A DNA stretch of 64,000 bases from Candidatus Altiarchaeota archaeon. GTDB taxonomy: Archaea; Altiarchaeota; Altiarchaeia; IMC4; QMZM01. The DNA is taken from NCBI GenBank assembly GCA_038891095.1, contig JAWAEV010000001.1, positions 228,468 through 292,467 of the forward strand, in the 5' to 3' direction. The stretch's first letter is position 1; each line of letters opens with the position of its first letter. A program made the position numbers and the translations under genes. Under the pieces are notes generated by a model. The model saw only the letters and a program-made list of their open reading frames with translations. It was not told the DNA's origin and did not search any database. Positions 56,932-64,000 of the stretch are shown piece after piece.

Positions 56932-59406
56932 ATGACAATGGGAAACACAACTAATGAGGACAAGAAAAAAAAGTTCGTTCTATGGTTTGATGAAGTTGGA
57001 ATGGAGGACACTGCACTCGTTGGAGGAAAAAACGCTTCCCTTGGCGAGATGATAAGAGAACTGTCAAAAAAAGGGATAAATGTCCCAAATGGATTCGCGA
57101 TAACTGCTTATGCATACAAATATTTTATTAAAAAGGTAGGGATAGATAAAGAAATAGAGGAGATTATCTCTAAATTAGACAAACAAAAAATTTCAAATTT
57201 AAAGTCATGTGGAAGGAAAATCCGTAATTTAATAAAAAATGCAAAAATGCCAGAAGAATTAGAAGAAGAAATAAAAAGAGCTTATGAAGAAATGCCAAAA
57301 AGATTTGGGTATGAAAAGAATCCAGATGTTGCCGTTCGTAGTTCTGCAACTGCGGAAGATTTACCAGATGCTAGTTTTGCAGGACAACAAGAGACTTATC
57401 TCAACATAAAAGGACCTGAAAAGTTAATAGAAGCTTGCAAAAATTGCTTTGCCTCTCTTTTCACTGATAGAGCGATTTCTTATAGAGAAGACAAAGGATT
57501 TAATCATTTTGATGTTCTCTTATCCATAGGAGTGCAGAAGATGGTAAGAGCAGACTCAGCAGCTTCAGGAGTTATGTTCTCAATTGATACTGAAACTGGA
57601 TTTAAAAATGCTGTTTTTATCACAGCTTCATATGGTTTAGGTGAAAATGTTGTTAAAGGTGCTGTAAATCCTGATAGCTTCTATGTTTTCAAGCCAACAT
57701 TAAAGCAAGGTAAGAAACCAATAATAGGCAAGAAACTTGGGAAAAAAGAGGTGAAGACGATATATTCAAAAAATGGAACAAAAAATGTGCCAACATCATT
57801 AGAAGAAAGGGAAAAATTCTGCATATCTGATGATGAGGTTCTAAAACTTGCTGAATTTGCTTGTATTATTGAGGAACATTACTCTAAAAAAGCAAATGCA
57901 TTCAAGCCTATGGACATAGAATGGGCAAAAGATGGCGATGGTAAAAAAGTAGGCTCTGGGAAGTTATTTATAGTCCAAGCAAGACCTGAGACAGTACATT
58001 CAAGAAAAGATAGCAATGCCATGAAAACTTATGTTCTAAAAGAAACTGGAAAAGTTCTTGTTGAGGGTCAAGCAGTTGGAGAGATGATAGGTCAGGGTGA
58101 GGCAAATGTCATTGAAGATCCAAAAGATATGAGAAGATTTAAAAAAGGACAAGTTTTAGTTACAGATATAACTGATCCAGATTGGGAACCAATAATGAAA
58201 ATTGCCTCTGCTATCGTTACTAATAGAGGTGGAAGAACATGTCATGCTGCTATTGTTTCAAGAGAATTGGGAATTCCATGTATAATTGGTACAGAAAATG
58301 CAACTAAAATTTTGAAAACTGGACAAAATATTACTGTCTCTTGTAGCGAAGGTGAAATTGGCAGAGTTTATGATGGTCTGCTAAAATTTGAAGTAAATAC
58401 GATAAATTTTGAAGAACTCCCAAAAACGAAAACAAAGATAATGATGAATGTTGGTATTCCAGAAAAGGCATTTGTTGAAAGTCAAATTCCAAATGATGGG
58501 GTTGGTTTAGCAAGAGAGGAATTCATTATAAATTCATATATTGGCATACATCCTTTAGCTTTAGTTGAGTATAAAAAATTAAAGAAAAGGGCAAAATATG
58601 ATAAGAAAATTAAACAACTGGTAGAAGAAATTGATAAAAGAACTCAGGGCTATGAGAACAAAGTCGATTTCTTTGTTGATGAATTAGCTCGTGGCATCGG
58701 AAGAATTGCTGCCGGTTTTTATCCAAACGATGTAATTGTTAGGCTTTCGGATTTCAAGACAAATGAATATGCAAATCTAATTGGAGGTTTTTTATATGAA
58801 ACTACTGAAAGCAATCCTATGCTTGGATGGAGAGGTGCCTCTCGCTACTATGACGAAAAATTCAAACCTGCATTTGGCTTAGAGTGCAAAGCTATTCTAA
58901 AAGCAAGAAATGAATTTGGTTTAGAGAACATAAAGGTTATGATTCCATTCTGTAGAACTCCAGAAGAAGGCAAAAAGGTAATTCAAGTAATGGAGGAATT
59001 CGGCTTAAAACAAGGAGAAAATGGCTTAGAAATTTATGTAATGTGTGAGATTCCATCAAATGTTATCCTTGCAGATAGATTTGCAGAAATTTTCGATGGT
59101 TTTTCAATAGGTTCAAATGATTTAACACAATTGACATTAGGGCTTGATAGAGATTCGGAGTTAGTAGCACATATATATGATGAACGAAATGATGCTGTAA
59201 AAAGATTAATCGCAGATGTTATAAAAATTGCAAAATCAAAAGGTAAAAAAATTGGGATTTGCGGTCAGGCACCATCAGATTATGATGATTTCGCGACTTT
59301 TCTTGTTGAATGTGGAATTGATTCAATAAGTTTAAATCCAGACACAGTTATAAAAACAAGGCTAAAAATTGCTGAAAAAGAAAAAGAGTTAGGAATTTCT
59401 CCTTAG
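56932..59406 (+). CDS. ppsA: Phosphoenolpyruvate synthase (pyruvate, water dikinase)
   Basis: VGGKNASLGE, AVRSSATAEDLPDASFAGQQETY, GGRTCHAAIVSRE, GSNDLTQL, GICGQAPS. Start is ATG 56932. Confidence 0.98.
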   Translation: MTMGNTTNEDKKKKFVLWFDEVGMEDTALVGGKNASLGEMIRELSKKGINVPNGFAITAYAYKYFIKKVGIDKEIEEIISKLDKQKISNLKSCGRKIRNLIKNAKMPEELEEEIKRAYEEMPKRFGYEKNPDVAVRSSATAEDLPDASFAGQQETYLNIKGPEKLIEACKNCFASLFTDRAISYREDKGFNHFDVLLSIGVQKMVRADSAASGVMFSIDTETGFKNAVFITASYGLGENVVKGAVNPDSFYVFKPTLKQGKKPIIGKKLGKKEVKTIYSKNGTKNVPTSLEEREKFCISDDEVLKLAEFACIIEEHYSKKANAFKPMDIEWAKDGDGKKVGSGKLFIVQARPETVHSRKDSNAMKTYVLKETGKVLVEGQAVGEMIGQGEANVIEDPKDMRRFKKGQVLVTDITDPDWEPIMKIASAIVTNRGGRTCHAAIVSRELGIPCIIGTENATKILKTGQNITVSCSEGEIGRVYDGLLKFEVNTINFEELPKTKTKIMMNVGIPEKAFVESQIPNDGVGLAREEFIINSYIGIHPLALVEYKKLKKRAKYDKKIKQLVEEIDKRTQGYENKVDFFVDELARGIGRIAAGFYPNDVIVRLSDFKTNEYANLIGGFLYETTESNPMLGWRGASRYYDEKFKPAFGLECKAILKARNEFGLENIKVMIPFCRTPEEGKKVIQVMEEFGLKQGENGLEIYVMCEIPSNVILADRFAEIFDGFSIGSNDLTQLTLGLDRDSELVAHIYDERNDAVKRLIADVIKIAKSKGKKIGICGQAPSDYDDFATFLVECGIDSISLNPDTVIKTRLKIAEKEKELGISP

Positions 59407-60041
59407 AAAACACTAATTACTTTAATTGCTTCTGAAATTCCTTCAATTATAAATTGAACTGCCATGGCAGAAAGCATTAAGCCCATAATTCTTCTCACTA
59501 CTTTCACTCCCATATTTCCAAAAATTTTATAAACAATTTTATATCTCAGGAGAATTTCTCTTGCTACAAGAAATATTACGATTATGTTAAAAAGGAGAAT
59601 AGCAACCTTTACTATATTATCTGCATAGCTGAAGAAGACTATACCAGTAGTTATTGCACCTGGGCCTGTTAACAAGGGGATTGCTAAAGGCGTTATGCTA
59701 ATATTTTCTCTCTCTTCTGCTAATTCCACAAGTTTATTAGATGTTTCCGTTCTACTTCTCCTACCAAAAAGCATTTCTACTGAAATTATTAAAAGAAGTA
59801 TGCCACCAGCAATTCTGAATGAGTATATACTTATCCCTAAAAACTGAAATATATAGTTTCCTATTAATGTGAAGATTATCAGAGTTATCATTGCAATAAA
59901 CACTGCTCTTCTTATCATTTGCTGTTTATCATCTTCGCTAAATTTATCTAAGAGCGAGATAAATGCTGGAACATTTCCTATGGGATTTACTATTAAGAAT
60001 AATGTTACTAATGACTGAATAAAGAAAGTTTGTATATCCAT
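59403..60041 (-). CDS. MarC family membrane protein
   Basis: NPIGNVP.F, FRIAGGILL, PLAIPLLTGPGAIT, RIMGLML. Confidence 0.93.
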   Translation of the reverse strand: MDIQTFFIQSLVTLFLIVNPIGNVPAFISLLDKFSEDDKQQMIRRAVFIAMITLIIFTLIGNYIFQFLGISIYSFRIAGGILLLIISVEMLFGRRSRTETSNKLVELAEERENISITPLAIPLLTGPGAITTGIVFFSYADNIVKVAILLFNIIVIFLVAREILLRYKIVYKIFGNMGVKVVRRIMGLMLSAMAVQFIIEGISEAIKVISVF

Positions 60042-61223
60042 TTAACTTTTTCTTGATATATATTTATCTATTATTTTCAATGCACAATATTTTCCGCACA
60101 TGCTACAACTTTTCTTATCTATATTTTTATATTTCTTCTTTATATTTTTGTCGATACTTAAACCAAAAATTTTGTTCCAATTTAATTCCCTTCTTGCCTT
60201 TGAAATTTTATTATCTATTGAAAAATCTCTTATTTTTGCTATATCTGCCGAATGTGCTGCAATTTTCGCTGCGATAACTCCTTGTTTCACATCCTCAATT
60301 GTTGGCAGCCCCAAATGCTCTGATGGAGTTACATAACATAGAAAATCTGCTCCATACATACAAGCAACTGCTCCACCAATTGCTCCAGATATATGATCAT
60401 AACCAAGAGAGATATCTGTTGTTATTGGGCCAAGAACATATAATGGAGCATTATCACAAATTTTCTTTGCAAGTTGAACATTCAGCGGAATTTCATTTAA
60501 AGGTAAATGCCCCGGACCTTCAACTATTACTGGAACTTTTTCTTTGCGAGCAATTTTTGTTAGTTTTCCAAGAGTTATTAATTCACTTAGCTGTGGGATA
60601 TCTGTTGCGTCATGTAAGCAAGCTGGTCTTAAAGCATCACCCAAACTTATAACAACTTCATACTCCTTAACAATTTCAAGAATTTCGGAAAAATTTTCAA
60701 ATAATGGATTTTCAGCTTTATTTTCTAACATCCATGCAACTAAGAAGCTACCTCCACGAGAATTTACTAGAATAAGTCTTTTGTGAATTTTATCTAAAAT
60801 TTCTTTTGTAATTCCACAATGCAATGTCATAAAGTCAACACCATCTTTGCAGTGTTGTTCTATTACCTTTAAGATACTTTCCTTTGACATATCAGTCTTT
60901 TTTTCTACAAATGCTTGATATATTGGGACTGTTCCTATAGGCACTTTTAAATTTCTTAAAAAAATTTTTCTTATTTCATTCAAGTTTCCACCAATACTTA
61001 AATCCATTATTGTATCTGCTCCGTAACTAATTGCAACTTTTGCTTTTTTTAGTTCTTCCGATAAATTAATTCTCTCTGTGGATGTTCCAACATTTGCATT
61101 TACTTTAACTCTTAAACCTTCTCCAACCATAACTCCTTTTATATTTCGCTTTGAATTTTTCAGAACTACAATGCTCCCATTTCTCATTCTCTTTTCAATC
61201 TTCTCTTTAGAAATCTCAAACAT
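60042..61223 (-). CDS. thiC: Phosphomethylpyrimidine synthase (ThiC family)
   Basis: KVNANVGTS, GADTIMDLS, GTVPIYQ, SRGGS, SLGDALRP, EGPGH, GYDHI, EHLGLP, CSMCGKYC. Confidence 0.95.
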   Translation of the reverse strand: MFEISKEKIEKRMRNGSIVVLKNSKRNIKGVMVGEGLRVKVNANVGTSTERINLSEELKKAKVAISYGADTIMDLSIGGNLNEIRKIFLRNLKVPIGTVPIYQAFVEKKTDMSKESILKVIEQHCKDGVDFMTLHCGITKEILDKIHKRLILVNSRGGSFLVAWMLENKAENPLFENFSEILEIVKEYEVVISLGDALRPACLHDATDIPQLSELITLGKLTKIARKEKVPVIVEGPGHLPLNEIPLNVQLAKKICDNAPLYVLGPITTDISLGYDHISGAIGGAVACMYGADFLCYVTPSEHLGLPTIEDVKQGVIAAKIAAHSADIAKIRDFSIDNKISKARRELNWNKIFGLSIDKNIKKKYKNIDKKSCSMCGKYCALKIIDKYISRKS

Positions 61224-61371
61224 TTTTATATCTTAGAGGTATCCTGTATTTGGAATAATTTTTTTTGAGGGAAAATTTAGCTGGCTTTGGTTCAAAAGTT
61301 TTTCCTTTGCAGTAAGGACAAATTTCTTTTAGAGTATAAGAGTTACATTTCTCGCATCTTAGAATTTTCAT
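61216..61371 (-). CDS. nop10: H/ACA RNP protein Nop10
   Basis: Not in the ORF track (51 aa): MKILRCEKCNSYTLKEICPYCKGKTFEPKPAKFSLKKNYSKYR...; canonical position after aIF2-alpha. Confidence 0.9.
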   Translation of the reverse strand: MKILRCEKCNSYTLKEICPYCKGKTFEPKPAKFSLKKNYSKYRIPLRYKNV

Positions 61372-61372
61372 T

Positions 61373-62164
61373 TCATTGAACTTCTTTTAATTCTCTATAA
61401 AATTTTCCTTCACCATGAGTTTTTTCAATATATTCAATAGCTTCATCCGTTGCACTTTTTAAAATTTTCTCAGCAGTTTTATAATCTTTCGCCTTTATTT
61501 GCACTCTATATCTTGGAGCTGAAATATATTTCACTTCAATCTCACAATCAGAGTTGTAATTCTGAACTTTTTTTAATGCTTCTTTTATATTTAGAATACC
61601 ATCTGGCTCATAACTTCTCAATTCCAAATAACCAAAAATTTCAACAAATGGTGCTTTTATATTTCTCTTTAGCAAATTCAAAAATTTTTGCTTCCAAGAT
61701 TTTTCAATTTCTATACTATCAAGGATTTTTTCATCTATTGCAATTGCCTCAAGCGCATTGTAAACATTATCGTACTTTTTCAGCAATTTTTCTGAAATTT
61801 CATCCTTAATTTTATCCTTTGGTAATTTCAATTCATTTGCTAACTGTTCAAAAAATTTCTCTACTCTCTGATTTTGCTTGACCTCTTTTAATTTTTCTTT
61901 TCTTTGATGATCTTTAACTCGCCTCAATGAAAGGTCGATATGTCCTCTTTCTGGATTTACTCTCAAAACCAATAAAATAACCTTCTGGCCTTCTTTAACA
62001 TAGTCATGTATGTTCCTGACCCATTTAAGTGAAATTTCAGATAGATGTAATAACCCTTTTTTGTTTCCATATTCATCTAAAGTTACAAATGCTCCTTGTT
62101 TAAATACATTCTGAACTGTCGCAATAACTAGCTCACCTTCATCAGGATATTCTTTTTTTGGCAT
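61373..62164 (-). CDS. eif2a: Translation initiation factor 2 subunit alpha
   Basis: YPDEGELVI, GAFVTLDEY, HLSEIS..WVRNI, GHIDLSLRRV, YISAPRY. Confidence 0.97.
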   Translation of the reverse strand: MPKKEYPDEGELVIATVQNVFKQGAFVTLDEYGNKKGLLHLSEISLKWVRNIHDYVKEGQKVILLVLRVNPERGHIDLSLRRVKDHQRKEKLKEVKQNQRVEKFFEQLANELKLPKDKIKDEISEKLLKKYDNVYNALEAIAIDEKILDSIEIEKSWKQKFLNLLKRNIKAPFVEIFGYLELRSYEPDGILNIKEALKKVQNYNSDCEIEVKYISAPRYRVQIKAKDYKTAEKILKSATDEAIEYIEKTHGEGKFYRELKEVQ

Positions 62165-62210
62165 TTTATATGTATGTAAAGTATGTAATATTAAAATTCA
62201 ATTAAATAAA

Positions 62211-63329
62211 ATGAAATCTTCATATAAAATTTTCCAAATTTTTGGAATTTCAGTTGAGTTACACATAACTTTTATTTTGTTTTTTATGTTTTTATTTACT
62301 ATATCTTTCCTTGAAGCCGGATTTCTCTCTGGGATAGCAACAATTTTTATTTTTTTTATGATATTTACGATTGTTTTTTTGCACGAATTATTGCATTCAT
62401 TTGTTGCTATAAAAAACGGCATACCAGTCCAGAGGATAATTTTATTGCCAATTGGCGGTCTAGCAAATGTTGAAATTCCTGAGAAACCAGAAAAGGAACT
62501 TGTTATTGCTATTTCAGGTCCTTTACTGAACTTCTCTCTTGCATTTTTATCAGCTTTCCTCTTAGTTTTTCTATTTCCAAATCCGATAGATTTATTCCAG
62601 AAAAATTTACCACATGTTATTAGCCTTGCTCCAGATACAATATCTTTCATCTTTACACTACCTGGAATTCTCTCTGCTTTAATTTTCTTTAATCTCTCCT
62701 TAGGGTTTTTTAATATGTTACCTGGCTTCCCTATGGATGGCGGCAGAGTTTTTAGAGCAGTTTTAGCTTTGTGGATTGACTATGTAAAAGCAACAGAAAT
62801 TGCAGTTAGATTTGGACAATTTATATTTCTCTGCATGATGTTCTTCGGTTTTATCTCAGGTAGCTTTATGCTTTTGATTATAGGTATGTTTCTTTTCTTT
62901 GCATCTGGCTCTGAGTTGAATATAGTGAAGTTAAGTCACTCAGTATATGACTTAAAAATTGGTGCAATTGCAATAAGAAATTTTGTTTATGTGAATGAAT
63001 CAATAACAATTCCGAATTTTTTGGAATTTATAGTAAAACCTGATCATAGATATTACTTAGTTATTAACAATGATGGAAAACTTCTTGGCATTTTAGATCT
63101 TTATAAGTTGATGGAAGCTAAAAATGAGGAGTTATTTAAAAAAACTGTCAGAGATTTTATTTCAAGCGCTTATGTAGTTGATGCAGAGGCTAAATTGAAA
63201 GATAAAATTCAGGAAGTTCTTTCAAAGGATTTTGTTATTGTTGCTTTAAATGGAAAGGTTGTTGGTTATTTGACACCACAATATATTATTGATGTTGCAA
63301 ATTTATACAATATTTTACATCAGAAATGA
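62211..63329 (+). CDS. Site-2 protease (M50) with C-terminal CBS domains
   Basis: HELLH, LLPIGG.A, AISGPL.N, FNMLPGFPMDGGRV. Confidence 0.93.
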   Translation: MKSSYKIFQIFGISVELHITFILFFMFLFTISFLEAGFLSGIATIFIFFMIFTIVFLHELLHSFVAIKNGIPVQRIILLPIGGLANVEIPEKPEKELVIAISGPLLNFSLAFLSAFLLVFLFPNPIDLFQKNLPHVISLAPDTISFIFTLPGILSALIFFNLSLGFFNMLPGFPMDGGRVFRAVLALWIDYVKATEIAVRFGQFIFLCMMFFGFISGSFMLLIIGMFLFFASGSELNIVKLSHSVYDLKIGAIAIRNFVYVNESITIPNFLEFIVKPDHRYYLVINNDGKLLGILDLYKLMEAKNEELFKKTVRDFISSAYVVDAEAKLKDKIQEVLSKDFVIVALNGKVVGYLTPQYIIDVANLYNILHQK

Positions 63330-63956
63330 CTTATCTTTTCTTTTGTAAATTTCCATAGCTACATCGACAACTTTCTTTGCTTTCTCTATTATCGCAGTAT
63401 CGGATGTTAGCACAATTTTATTTGAATTTTTTATTGAATAATCCGCTGATCTTTCTGTTTTTGCATCTCCCACAATTTTAAATTTTTTGAGTTGTTCTCT
63501 TATGTATTTTGCAAGTTCACCACTTCTTGAGATTTGGGAATCTAAAATAAAAAGAACTGATCTTGGATTATAATGTTTTAAAACTTTTAAAATTTTTTTC
63601 AATGCCTCTTTTGTTTTTTCATCAAATTTATAAGAAGAGAAAACTCCTCTAAAATCTCTTAAAAAACCATCCATACATTCAATAACTTCGCCATTAGATA
63701 AAATTGCTTCGGTTGTTATTAAAACATTATATGCATCAACAATTATGTCTTTGCCTTTAATTTCTTCTATTGGAATCTTTCTTTTTCTATGCACTCTTAT
63801 TTCCTTCTCAGAAAAAACTTTCCTGAACAAAAAATTTCTCTGTTTGTTGTTAAGAGAATATCTTGCTGCTACTAAATTTAAAGCGCTCTTTCTTTTATAA
63901 CCCCTATCAAGAAGAAATTTAAGGTCATAAATTGCATTTTCAATTGCTATTGTCAT
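63315..63956 (-). CDS. DUF434 domain protein (PIN-like)
   Basis: DL.FLL.RGY, VDAYNVLIT.E, DG.LRD, SRSGELA, AD..I, TSD..I. Confidence 0.88.
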   Translation of the reverse strand: MTIAIENAIYDLKFLLDRGYKRKSALNLVAARYSLNNKQRNFLFRKVFSEKEIRVHRKRKIPIEEIKGKDIIVDAYNVLITTEAILSNGEVIECMDGFLRDFRGVFSSYKFDEKTKEALKKILKVLKHYNPRSVLFILDSQISRSGELAKYIREQLKKFKIVGDAKTERSADYSIKNSNKIVLTSDTAIIEKAKKVVDVAMEIYKRKDKSFLM

Positions 63957-64000
63957 TTTTAGTATAAGCTATTTATCTTTTCATGCGTAAATTATAAAGA

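Noticed and set aside
62211-63329. Site-2 protease as activator of the membrane-tethered regulators
   Set aside because: No genetic linkage; M50-CBS proteases are common in archaea.
1-64000. CRISPR arrays, rRNA, IS elements, recoded stop codons
   Set aside because: No regularly spaced repeats, no long GC-rich structured tracts other than the tRNA, no transposase motifs, and recognisable genes are intact under the standard code.

Overview
This is a strongly AT-rich (roughly 30% GC by eye), gene-dense archaeal chromosome segment. The domain call rests on fibrillarin, Nop10, aIF2-alpha, Rpo7/Spt4, S24e/S27ae, aTrm56, Sec61beta, an intron-containing tRNA-Lys(UUU), geranylgeranyl reductase and a tetraether synthase. 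The Q-x-A-x-EYL-x-x-YG pilins, Lys/Glu-rich proteins and biosynthetic genes (thiC, ppsA, lipid enzymes) would fit an Altiarchaeota-like or other DPANN-affiliated thermophile, but that lineage assignment is inference only. No rRNA, CRISPR array, transposase or integrase was seen. The most interesting region is 9.3-33.3 kb, a lipid-linked-sugar surface-glycosylation cluster. It holds two polyprenol-P glycosyltransferases, a flavoenzyme, an ArnE/F-like small transporter pair and five GT-C-fold membrane proteins. It is joined head-to-head, across 35 bp, to a type IV pilus locus with four tandem pilins and an embedded NERD nuclease. Two unrelated GT-C proteins carry near-identical inserted carbohydrate-binding modules, and a paralog in the window shows the empty insertion site. 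The 43.9-54 kb region holds two MacB-type ABC/COG1361 operons with candidate operators and a perfect 103-bp repeat between their ATPase genes. Six CDSs missing from the ORF track were recovered manually: a partial gene at the left edge, Spt4, Sec61beta, a CxxC-x17-CxxC protein, a ferredoxin and Nop10.
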